DNA of 64,000 nt from a virus (lineage: Duplodnaviria; Caudoviricetes), in IMG/VR virus record IMGVR_UViG_3300048890_000142, positions 1 to 64,000 of that record; one strand, written 5' to 3'. The notes beneath the pieces are model-generated. The model made no database searches. It worked only from the letters and a program-made list of their open reading frames with translations, and was not told the DNA's origin. The position numbers were made by a program, and so were the translations under genes. Shown one piece after another: positions 35,347-44,196 of the stretch (its first letter is position 1; every line of letters begins with the position of its first letter).

Positions 35347-38014
35347 ACACGTCGGCGCGATGGTGGCCCTCGTCCCGAGCGAGGCCGACCTCGACCGATT
35401 CGCGCTGCCGGGCGGGGAGCCGCGCGACGAGCTGCACCTGACGCTGGCCTACCTCGGGGACGCGGTCGACATCGCGCCCGGAGTCGCCGACGCGCTGTTC
35501 GGCTACCTCCAGGAGATCGCCGTCGAGGTGGGTGCGCCGATCGTCGCCAACGCGTTCGGGGTGGCGTACTGGAACCCGACGGGACCGGAGCCGGCCTGGG
35601 TACTCAACGTAGGCGACGACCGCGAGGGCGCCGGACCCACGCTGGCCGACGTACACGGCGCGGTGGAGGAGCTCACCGAGAACCTCGTCCCCACCCTGCC
35701 GGCGCAGCACTCACCCTGGCAGCCACACGTCTGCATAGCCTATTCCATAACGGGAATATTTAACGACCTGGTCCAGCGGCTCGGACCGGTCACCTTCGAT
35801 CGCTTGAGGTTCGCCCTGGGCGGCGACGTGCGCGATCTCGACCTGGGAGTACGTGGATCACAGGCTGCTACCATCCGGTCAGCAGCGGGAGGTGACGCGG
35901 TGCCGTGGCGCAAGGTGCAGGACTCGGGAGACTGTCCGGCTGGTAAGCCGTGGGCCGTCGTGGAGGACGGCACCGACGAGCTCGAGGGCTGCTTCGCCGA
36001 CGAGGCCGGGGCGGACGCGAAGATCGCTGAGCTCGTCGCCGACGAGGGAGAAGGCGGCGGGAGCGAGTACTGCGCCGACTGCGCGGAAGACGCCGACCAC
36101 TTCAGCGGAGACACCTTCGCCAGCGACGCTCCCTGGAACGGCGCGGCCTCGCGGTTCAGCGACGACCAGTACAAGAAGGCGACCGCGGCCTGCGATCCCG
36201 GTGACGGCACGATCAAGGAACGCTGCTTCCTGCCCCACCACGAGCCGGGCGGCGCGCTCAACGTCAACGGGCTGCACGCCGCGGCCTCGCGCTTCAACCA
36301 GGTCAGCGGACACGACCCCGGTGCCGTAGCGCGGGCGAAGTCCCACCTGCGCTCACACTACGGAGAGGTGGGCGAGGACGTGCCCGACGTACTCAAGGCC
36401 GAGGGAGAGGTCGTGACCGCGGCCGCCCCGCAGTCCGGTGACTGCGGTCCCGGGTACCACAAGATGCCCGACGGCTCCTGCATGAGCGACGCCGAAATGG
36501 AGATCGCCGCGCGCTGGTCCGGCGTGCTGTGCGTGGAGGGGACCCCCACCGGGGACGGTCGAGAGTTCTCGCCCGACGCCCTGGACTGGGCCGATCACAT
36601 GCTGCTGCGCTGGCAGAAGGAAGGCAGCCACGGCGGGGAGCACGACGTCACGGTGACCGTCGGGCGAATTGACCGGGCCTGGCGCGACGGCCCCCTGGTG
36701 CGCGGCGAGGGCATGTTCGACCTGATGAACCCGGACGGCTTCGAGGTCCGGCGTCGGCTGGCCAGCGGGTTCGCCGGCGGCGTCTCCATCGACGCGGACG
36801 ACATCGAGGACGCCGACGTCGAGCTGGTCTGGCCGGAGACCGACGACTCCGAGGTCACCGAGCTGTCCGAAGGGGACGAGATCCTCAACATGCTCTTCGG
36901 ACGACCGATGAAGACCATCTACCACGGTGGGCGGGTGAGGGCCGCGACCTTGGTCGACATCCCGGCATTCGTCGAGGCCGCGATCGCGCTCACCGGCGAG
37001 GAGGGTGACGCGCAGACCGTCGCGGCGAGCGGTCACCCGGTAATCGTTTCCGACGCCCCGTGGGCCTACACGATTCGGATGCACCGCGAGCTCCCGAACG
37101 ACGCCTACGCCTGGGTCGCGGCCGACGGGACGTCGCGCTCGCTGCCGCACCACGAGCTGGTCGACGGCGAGATCGGGCCGGCGAACGTCACTGCCTGCGC
37201 GGCCGCGATCGCTAAACTCTCTACGCAGGGAGTGCTGCCGACCGCGTACGAGATTCGTGCGGCCTACGCGCATCTCGCCAAGCACCTCCGCGACGCTGGT
37301 CAGGTGCCCCCGCCCTTGGACCTCGGCGAGGGGACGCTGGTCGCCGCGGTGGACTCCGAGATGTGGCGACCTCCGCGCGAGTGGTTCCGAAACCCCCAGC
37401 TCAACGTGCCGCTGGGTACCGTGATCACCGACGACGGCCAGGTCTACGGACACATCGCGCACTGGCAGGACTGTCACATCGGCTTCGAAGACGTGTGTAC
37501 GTCACCGCCTCGCGAAGACGGTCACCCCTACTTCATGACCGGCGAGGTCGTGTGCGCGGACGGCTCGCGGGTCTCGGTCGGGCAGATCACCGTCGGCATC
37601 GGACACGCACCGTCGCACTACAAGGCCGGTCGCGCCACGGAACACTACGACAACACGTCCGCGGTCGTCGCTGACGTGGCGGTGGGCAACGACGCGTACG
37701 GCATCTGGATGGCCGGGGCGGTTCGGCCGCACGCCGAGTCCAAGCGCGTGTACGACCTGCGCGCGTCCGGCCGGGTCAGCGGTGACTGGCGCCGGATCGG
37801 TAACCAGCTTCGACTGGTCGGGGTGCTGGGGGTCAACGTCGCCGGCTTCCTGATGCCGAACCTCACCGTGCGCGTGGCCAGCGGGGTCCAGACCGCCCTG
37901 GTCGCGGCCGGCATCCCGAAGGTCGGACCGCCTCCGATCACCGAGCACGACCTCGACCAGCGCGCCCTACGGCTCATGATGGACAGGGTGGCCGCGCGAG
38001 TGCGCGGGACCTGA
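35330..38014 (+). CDS. 2H-phosphoesterase domain fused to putative capsid maturation protease
   Basis: N-terminal HLT and HVC 2H motifs; central EGTPTGDGREF..VGRID domain; C-terminal YGHIAHW...SGDWR domain; lies between portal and capsid. Confidence 0.7.
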   Translation: MPDTTEHVGAMVALVPSEADLDRFALPGGEPRDELHLTLAYLGDAVDIAPGVADALFGYLQEIAVEVGAPIVANAFGVAYWNPTGPEPAWVLNVGDDREGAGPTLADVHGAVEELTENLVPTLPAQHSPWQPHVCIAYSITGIFNDLVQRLGPVTFDRLRFALGGDVRDLDLGVRGSQAATIRSAAGGDAVPWRKVQDSGDCPAGKPWAVVEDGTDELEGCFADEAGADAKIAELVADEGEGGGSEYCADCAEDADHFSGDTFASDAPWNGAASRFSDDQYKKATAACDPGDGTIKERCFLPHHEPGGALNVNGLHAAASRFNQVSGHDPGAVARAKSHLRSHYGEVGEDVPDVLKAEGEVVTAAAPQSGDCGPGYHKMPDGSCMSDAEMEIAARWSGVLCVEGTPTGDGREFSPDALDWADHMLLRWQKEGSHGGEHDVTVTVGRIDRAWRDGPLVRGEGMFDLMNPDGFEVRRRLASGFAGGVSIDADDIEDADVELVWPETDDSEVTELSEGDEILNMLFGRPMKTIYHGGRVRAATLVDIPAFVEAAIALTGEEGDAQTVAASGHPVIVSDAPWAYTIRMHRELPNDAYAWVAADGTSRSLPHHELVDGEIGPANVTACAAAIAKLSTQGVLPTAYEIRAAYAHLAKHLRDAGQVPPPLDLGEGTLVAAVDSEMWRPPREWFRNPQLNVPLGTVITDDGQVYGHIAHWQDCHIGFEDVCTSPPREDGHPYFMTGEVVCADGSRVSVGQITVGIGHAPSHYKAGRATEHYDNTSAVVADVAVGNDAYGIWMAGAVRPHAESKRVYDLRASGRVSGDWRRIGNQLRLVGVLGVNVAGFLMPNLTVRVASGVQTALVAAGIPKVGPPPITEHDLDQRALRLMMDRVAARVRGT

Positions 38015-38027
38015 ACGGAGGACGACG

Positions 38028-38192
38028 ATGTGCAACTGCCGCAAGAGGAAGACCACCATCGACTCGGGTACCGCCGCCGGTCAGCAGCTCACTGACCAGC
38101 AGGTAAGCGAGCTGGTCGCGTCTGCCCAGACCATCGCCACTGCGGCTGGACAGCGTCCAATAACACCGTCATCGAATACTGCTACACTCTGA
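38028..38192 (+). CDS. Small MCNC-start protein (54 aa, not in the ORF track)
   Basis: RBS GGAGG; MCNCRKRK. Confidence 0.55.
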   Translation: MCNCRKRKTTIDSGTAAGQQLTDQQVSELVASAQTIATAAGQRPITPSSNTATL

Positions 38193-38242
38193 TCCAGTCT
38201 TAGCGCGCGGACGTCCGCACGCCCTCACTACCGGAGGCAATC

Positions 38243-40024
38243 GTGCCCGACAAGCCTGAGGAGCTCGTGAGCGTTCCCGCAGACCTCACGCTCGTCGGTG
38301 ACGACGAGCTCTCGCAGCTCGAGGTGCGCGTCACGGAGGAGTTCGACCGCATCAACGAGGCGGACGTGACCCCGGACGGGCTCCAGTACGCGATGCAGCT
38401 CGCGGACCACGCGGACCGTATCCGAGCCGAGCTCGCGGCGCGGGTCGCCCGCACCGAGCACGCCGAGGCCCAGCACCGCGCCGCGATGCTGAAGACCCAG
38501 CAGACCCTCCGGGCTCGCATGGACCGAGGCGGCGCCGAGGGCGATGCCGGTGGTGCCGTAGCCGGAGGTGAGTCCGGGGGAGTTGACGCCGAGGCCATCG
38601 CCGCCGCGGCGGCTCGCGGTGCTACCGCGGCACTGGTGGCCGCCCTGGGCGACCGGGTGGTCGGTCGGAGCCTGGTGCAGGTGACCGAGCGGGCCGAGGG
38701 CAGCCTGAGCGCCGCACGGCGCTACCAGCCGGCCACGAAGGCGCCCGAGAAGCGACTCACGGTCACCGCGAGCGTGGACATCCCGGGCGTCGCCCGCGGT
38801 GAGGGCATCACCAACCTCGACCACCTGACCGAGATCGTCCGGCGCAAGGCACGGTCGATGCCGGTTACCAACAAGAACCCGAACCAGCAACTCGTGGCGA
38901 GCATCCGCAACGAGTTCGACCACACCGTGGACGACCGCACGAGCCCCGGGCAGATCGACGAGCTGTTCCGGTACCTGACCTCCAAGGACAAGCAGGACTC
39001 CCTGGTGGCCGCCGGCGGCTGGTGCGCGCCGTCGGAGATCCGCTACGACTTCTTCAACATCGCCTGCGCGGACGGCTTGGTCGACCTACCGACCTTCGGC
39101 GTGAGTCGCGGTGGCGTGCAGGTACCGGTCTCCCCGTCCTTGGCCGACGTGCTCGGGACCAACCCGAACCAGGCGTTCGGCGGGTTCAGCGTGGCGTTCA
39201 ACGTCAACAGCATCCCGTGGCTGTGGACCGAAGCGAGCGACATCGCGGCCGTGACCGGCTCTCCGACCAAGCACTGCATCCGGGTACCGTGCCCGACCTT
39301 CACCGACCGGCGCCTCGAGTGCTACGGCATCTGCGTCACCGCCGGCAACCTCACTGACGACGCCTACCCCGAGAGCACCGCCAACTTCATCAAGTTGATG
39401 ATGGCCGCGCACGCGCACGCCATGAACGGTCAGATCATCAACACGATGGTCAGCCTCAGCTCGGCGAGCATCAGCACCGGCGGCTACGCGGTCACCAACC
39501 CGGCCTACCAGCAGATCTTCGGCGGCATCTCGCTCGGCGTGGTCGACTACCGGGCCCGCTACGGCATGTGCGAAGACGACGTCCTCGAGGTCGTGGCTCC
39601 GTTCTGGTTGAAGTCCGTCATCCGGGCAGACCTCGCGCACCGTACCGGCATCGAGCCCGACCAGGTCTCCGACGCGACGATCGACGGTTGGTTCACCGAC
39701 CTGAACGTCCGAGTCCAGTGGGTCAACGACTGGCAGGTGCGCGGCTCCGGTCAGTTCGGCAACGCCACCCCGATGACCGCGTGGCCGGTCACCGCCGACG
39801 TCATGATCTACGCCGCCGGCACGTTCCTCCTGGGCAACGGCCTCTCGCTGGACCTCGGCGTGGTCCGCGACAGCGCGCTCAACGCGACCAACGACCACAC
39901 CGCGGCCTGGACCGAGGAGTGCCACCTGGTCACCCGCGTCGGCCACGAGGCCCGGCGCTACAGCATCGCCTTCAACGTGGACGGCCGGACCGGCCAGGCC
40001 AACATCACCGGCGCCAACCTGTAG
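38243..40024 (+). CDS. Major capsid protein with N-terminal scaffold/delta domain
   Basis: Coiled-coil N-terminus; AAGGWCAPSEIRYD, HK97-type body. Confidence 0.9.
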   Translation: MPDKPEELVSVPADLTLVGDDELSQLEVRVTEEFDRINEADVTPDGLQYAMQLADHADRIRAELAARVARTEHAEAQHRAAMLKTQQTLRARMDRGGAEGDAGGAVAGGESGGVDAEAIAAAAARGATAALVAALGDRVVGRSLVQVTERAEGSLSAARRYQPATKAPEKRLTVTASVDIPGVARGEGITNLDHLTEIVRRKARSMPVTNKNPNQQLVASIRNEFDHTVDDRTSPGQIDELFRYLTSKDKQDSLVAAGGWCAPSEIRYDFFNIACADGLVDLPTFGVSRGGVQVPVSPSLADVLGTNPNQAFGGFSVAFNVNSIPWLWTEASDIAAVTGSPTKHCIRVPCPTFTDRRLECYGICVTAGNLTDDAYPESTANFIKLMMAAHAHAMNGQIINTMVSLSSASISTGGYAVTNPAYQQIFGGISLGVVDYRARYGMCEDDVLEVVAPFWLKSVIRADLAHRTGIEPDQVSDATIDGWFTDLNVRVQWVNDWQVRGSGQFGNATPMTAWPVTADVMIYAAGTFLLGNGLSLDLGVVRDSALNATNDHTAAWTEECHLVTRVGHEARRYSIAFNVDGRTGQANITGANL

Positions 40025-40071
40025 TACTCGGCCGAGTGGGCGGAGGCGAATCGGAGAGAGTGAGGTGAACG

Positions 40072-40971
40072 GTGGCCGGACCCCGGTTGATCATCGAGCC
40101 GCCGTCGTTCACCCCGTCTCCGTACGGTTTACTCACGGTCGCGCAGTTGCTCGATCCGCCGACCCCTCACTGGCAGAACGGGCTGACCTGGGAGTCGCGT
40201 TGCATGGACCCCGGCATGGGATCCTCGACCTACGACGAGTGCATCGCGGTGACCGGGGTCGGCTCGATCCCGGAGCCGAGCCAGAAGACGCCGAACACTC
40301 ACCAGGTGCTGCGAGGGGCTACTCCGTTTACGCCGTTTACTCGATTCGACTGCTCTCCCGTCGGGCTACCCGACGCGGCGGCCATGGCCCGGGACGCGCT
40401 CGCTCAAAGCGAGGCGTGGCAGGTCGAGCGGGCGTTCTGGACGGGGTTGGTGGACGGAAAGCTGATCGCGTTCCCGCATTTGGCGGCCAACGACGACGTC
40501 TTCGACGCGCAGGGGGCCGAACTCCAGTCGGCTGCCACCGTGGTCACCTCCGGTACCGCAGTAGACCTGGCCACTGGGCTCGGCCTACTGGAGGAGGGCC
40601 TGGGTAACTGCTACAACGGTCGAGGCGTGGTGCATGTCCCGGTAAGGGTGCTACCCACGCTGGACATGCACGGCATCGTACGAGTCGTCGGAGATCACCT
40701 CGAGACCCTCAAGGGAAACCTCCTCTCCGTAGGCGCCGGATATCCCGGCACGTCCCCGACCGGCGCGAACGCGGCCGCCGGCGAGGCCTGGATCTACGCC
40801 ACGGGTGCGGTGTTCTTCCTGCGGGGAGAAGTTCGGATCCTGCCCACCACGCCGGCTTCGTTCGACCGGTCGACCAATACCATCCAGCAGATCGCCGAGC
40901 GTACCTACGTGCTGGGCTGGGACTGCTGCCACGTAGCCGCCCAGGTACGCATCGGCGTACCGGTGACGTAG
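40072..40971 (+). CDS. Minor capsid/head-associated protein
   Basis: Follows the capsid gene; PSFTPSPYGLLTVA...AERTY pattern. Confidence 0.6.
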   Translation: MAGPRLIIEPPSFTPSPYGLLTVAQLLDPPTPHWQNGLTWESRCMDPGMGSSTYDECIAVTGVGSIPEPSQKTPNTHQVLRGATPFTPFTRFDCSPVGLPDAAAMARDALAQSEAWQVERAFWTGLVDGKLIAFPHLAANDDVFDAQGAELQSAATVVTSGTAVDLATGLGLLEEGLGNCYNGRGVVHVPVRVLPTLDMHGIVRVVGDHLETLKGNLLSVGAGYPGTSPTGANAAAGEAWIYATGAVFFLRGEVRILPTTPASFDRSTNTIQQIAERTYVLGWDCCHVAAQVRIGVPVT

Positions 40972-40983
40972 GAGGAGACCATC

Positions 40984-41664
40984 GTGGCCGGCATCTGCGC
41001 GACGCCCATCAAGGGCACACACCTGCGCATCGTCAAGGTTGACGCCTGCGGCATCCCGGTGACCGGTGCCTCGGCCCTTTGCCTGGTCACCAAGGGCTTC
41101 GTCCAGGTCAACCAGGAGCCCGACTACGAGGCCGGCCAGGAGTTCCTCGAGAAGAACGCCGACGGCGACCTGTGCGTCAACCAGAAGGACAAGCCGCTGC
41201 TCAAGCGGATGAAGCTGACGGTGGACTTCTGCGAGGTCGACCCGGTCCTGGCAGCCTACGTGCTGGACGCCCGTCTCCTGGACACCGTGAGCCCCGCCGT
41301 TACCGGCACCGGCTTCGCGTTCATGGAGGGCGCCAACGACAATCGTTTTTCGATGGAGGTGTGGCAGCGCGTTGCCGGATCCGGTGCTTGCGATCCGTCC
41401 GGCGCGCAGCGCTACATCTACAACGCCTGGCCGAACACCGGAAACGCCGAGGTCGGCGCCTACGCGATCCAGAACGGGAAGGCGACCCTGCAGTTCGTCG
41501 CCGAGACCCAGGCCGCAGCCACCCAGTGGGGCCACGGCCCCGGCGCGACATCGTGGCTGCCGACCGGCCGCGTGGTCAACGAGACCGGTCTGGACCACTG
41601 GCTGTGGAATATCACGACCGTGGCGCTGCCGACCGCGGCCTGCGGTCCCACCACGCTGACGTAA
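40984..41664 (+). CDS. Major tail protein
   Basis: Position and size; KNADGDLC, FSMEVW. Confidence 0.8.
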   Translation: MAGICATPIKGTHLRIVKVDACGIPVTGASALCLVTKGFVQVNQEPDYEAGQEFLEKNADGDLCVNQKDKPLLKRMKLTVDFCEVDPVLAAYVLDARLLDTVSPAVTGTGFAFMEGANDNRFSMEVWQRVAGSGACDPSGAQRYIYNAWPNTGNAEVGAYAIQNGKATLQFVAETQAAATQWGHGPGATSWLPTGRVVNETGLDHWLWNITTVALPTAACGPTTLT

Positions 41665-41677
41665 GGGGGGCACGCCC

Positions 41678-42496
41678 TTGAGCGCTCCCCTCACCACGCA
41701 GTTCGGCCCCTGCGACCCGTGGCCGGCCCGGTTCCCGTGCAACGTCACCGAGGTCCCCGAGGACCTGCTCCAGCAGGCCGTCGAGGTCGCCACGGAAGTC
41801 GTCTGGTCGCTGTCCGGGCGCCAGTTCGGGCTCTGCACCCAGAAGCTGCGGCCGTGCAGGAGCGACTGCGGGGACGCCCCGTGGCCCTGGGGCGGCTACT
41901 GGTCGAACCTGCCCACCGCCGGCGGGGGGAGCTGGCCGACGCCGGCGCTGATCGGCGGTCAATGGTTCAACCTCGTCTGCGGCGGGTGCTCGGGCAACTG
42001 CTCGTGCAGCGTCGTGTCCGAGGTACGGCTGCCCGCGCCCGTGCACGACGTCGTCGAGGTGCGCCTGGACGGGTCCCCGATGGTCACCGGTTCCTACCGG
42101 GTCGACGACAACCGGCTGCTCGTCCGCACTGACGGTGGCCTGTGGCCGCTGTGCAACGACCTGAACAAGGACGACACCCAGGTCGGCACCTGGTCGGTCA
42201 CCGCCCGGTTCGGCGTCGACGTCCCCGAAGGCGGCGCCTGGGCTGTCGGGGAGCTCGCCTGCCAGCTCACCAAGGCCTTCACCGGAGAAGACTGCCTGAT
42301 CCCGGCCCAGGTCGTGCAGCTCATCCGGCAGGGCGCCACCCTCCAGTTCCCCAACCCGACCGAGCTGCTCAAGGAGGGCCTGACCAACCTCTATTTGGTC
42401 AACCTCTTCATCGCGACCTGGAACCCCAACAGGCTCCGGCGACGCGCCGGGACCTATTCTGTAGATTACTCAACGCCGCGGAGGACGTCGACGTGA
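41678..42496 (+). CDS. Head-to-tail adaptor
   Basis: AVEVATEVVWSLSGRQFG, GELACQL, RQG. Confidence 0.75.
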   Translation: MSAPLTTQFGPCDPWPARFPCNVTEVPEDLLQQAVEVATEVVWSLSGRQFGLCTQKLRPCRSDCGDAPWPWGGYWSNLPTAGGGSWPTPALIGGQWFNLVCGGCSGNCSCSVVSEVRLPAPVHDVVEVRLDGSPMVTGSYRVDDNRLLVRTDGGLWPLCNDLNKDDTQVGTWSVTARFGVDVPEGGAWAVGELACQLTKAFTGEDCLIPAQVVQLIRQGATLQFPNPTELLKEGLTNLYLVNLFIATWNPNRLRRRAGTYSVDYSTPRRTST

Positions 42497-43017
42497 CCCA
42501 GCTGCACGGGCCCACCGCCTTCTACCAGGTGGCCTCGATCCTGGTGACCGGCGTCGCGGACGAGCTGGTTGGCAGTCTCGGCGGCGAGGTAGGTCGAGCC
42601 GGCGTCGTCCCGGCGGACGTCGTTTGGGACGACTGCAGTTGCGGGCTGCTCGCCGTCACGGTCACCCGGTTCTTCCTCTCGGACAACTTTCCCGCAGACA
42701 CCACGACCACCGGGGAGATCCGCATCGGACCTTGCGATCTGCCGTGGCTCGTCGGGGAGATCCACCTCGACGTGGTGCGGTGCGCGCCTCTTCCGTCGGG
42801 ACAAGAGCTCGCGCCGAGCGTAGAGGCCCTCGACGCCAGCGCCCAGGTCCTGCTCGACGACGCCTGGCGCGCCCTCAGTCGAGCGACCCAGGAGCTCTGC
42901 GCGCTCAAGGAAAACGAGATGATCATCGACTATGTGACCGGGGAGCAGACGGCGGTCGGGCCGCTCGGCGACTGCGTGGGTACCGACCTGCGACTGCTCG
43001 TCGCGTTGGAGAGGTAG
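42493..43017 (+). CDS. Tail terminator/neck protein
   Basis: Synteny; GTGA coupling. Confidence 0.6.
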   Translation: MTQLHGPTAFYQVASILVTGVADELVGSLGGEVGRAGVVPADVVWDDCSCGLLAVTVTRFFLSDNFPADTTTTGEIRIGPCDLPWLVGEIHLDVVRCAPLPSGQELAPSVEALDASAQVLLDDAWRALSRATQELCALKENEMIIDYVTGEQTAVGPLGDCVGTDLRLLVALER

Positions 43018-43024
43018 GTCATCC

Positions 43025-43426
43025 GTGGCCAACGTACGGATCGACCTCGACCAGGTGCAGCTCCAGGTCCTGCTGCGCTCCGACGACGGCGTGGTGGGCA
43101 AGGACGCAATGAAGCGCGGCAAACGGGTCGAGGCCGCCGCGAAGCGCCGGGTACGCGTCCGGACCGGCCGGCTCCAGCGTTCCATCAAGGCGCGTCGCGA
43201 CCGCTCCGAGGGTGAGGCCTCGGTGGTCGTCGAAGCCACCGCCAAGCACGCCCGGTTCGTCCACGACGGCACCGGGGTCTACGGGCCCACCGGACTCCCG
43301 ATCCAGCCCAAGACCCGCAGCGTGTTGAAGTTTCGCGTCGGCGGCGTGACGATCTTCGCCCCTTCCGTGCGCGGCCAGCACGGGACCCACTTCCTGCGCG
43401 ACGCGCTGCCGGCCGCCGTCGAGTAG
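43025..43426 (+). CDS. HK97 gp10-like neck protein
   Basis: VRTGRLQRSI, HARFVHDGT, GTHFLRDAL. Confidence 0.8.
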   Translation: MANVRIDLDQVQLQVLLRSDDGVVGKDAMKRGKRVEAAAKRRVRVRTGRLQRSIKARRDRSEGEASVVVEATAKHARFVHDGTGVYGPTGLPIQPKTRSVLKFRVGGVTIFAPSVRGQHGTHFLRDALPAAVE

Positions 43427-43506
43427 CTCTTGACGCTATCGAAGACGGGGGACCGGCTCGGGCTACCGTCATCCCGACCGCCGACGTGCGGAAGGAGAGA
43501 GCAGAC

Positions 43507-43971
43507 GTGACCAGTCCCGCGACCATGGTCGTCGACCTCGACGAGGAGGGTATCCCCGACTTCACCCCGCCACCCGGGCCCAGGTTCCGGATCTATGGGG
43601 AGGTGTACGAGGGCGTCCGGGAGATCGGCGCCGACACCATCATCGAGGTCATGGCGAGCGTGCAGAACCTCGAGGGTGAGCCCGGGGACCAAGTGCGGCT
43701 AATCAAGGAGATCATGACGACCGTCCTGGTCGCCGAGTCGGCCCAGCGCTTCGTGGCCAACATGAGTAATCGCGTCGAGCCGATCGGCCTGCGGACCCTG
43801 ACGACCACCCTCAACTGGCTGATCGAGCAGTACACCGGACGCCCTACCGAGCCGGGTTCGGACTCCTCGCCTGGGTCCGAGAGCCCGGAGTCTGGCACGA
43901 GCTCGACGGCTACTACCTCGGACGAGGAGTCGACGTCCTCCGACTACCGGCTGATCGATTCCTCAACGTGA
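43507..43971 (+). CDS. Tail assembly chaperone (G)
   Basis: Precedes the tape measure; ends GRPT plus Ser/Thr-rich tail. Confidence 0.75.
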   Translation: MTSPATMVVDLDEEGIPDFTPPPGPRFRIYGEVYEGVREIGADTIIEVMASVQNLEGEPGDQVRLIKEIMTTVLVAESAQRFVANMSNRVEPIGLRTLTTTLNWLIEQYTGRPTEPGSDSSPGSESPESGTSSTATTSDEESTSSDYRLIDSST

Positions 43972-44192
43972 TCTACGCGACCATGGTGCGCAACCTGCGC
44001 GGCGACGAGAACGACCCGGGTGGACCGCGCCAGAAGCTGGACAGCACGCTCGGCGTCGCGAACTGGTCGGTTCCCGGCAGGGGCCTGACGGCTCGCCAGC
44101 GCCTGCGCCAGGACAACCCCGGGACGCCGGACTGGTGGTACGGGGACGAGGACGCTTCCCAGAGCTTCCTCACGGAGATGGGAGTGGGGTGA
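43842..44192 (+). CDS. Tail assembly chaperone GT extension (-1 frame)
   Basis: -1 frame reads PYRAGFGLLAWVREPGVWHELDG...VDVLRLPADRFLNVIY, upstream of the only start codon. Confidence 0.65.
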   Translation, partial: PYRAGFGLLAWVREPGVWHELDGYYLGRGVDVLRLPADRFLNVIYATMVRNLRGDENDPGGPRQKLDSTLGVANWSVPGRGLTARQRLRQDNPGTPDWWYGDEDASQSFLTEMGVG

Positions 44193-44196
44193 CGTC

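Noticed and set aside
43430-43469. TTGACG promoter before the tail chaperone
   Set aside because: No TAnnnT at 16-19 bp spacing
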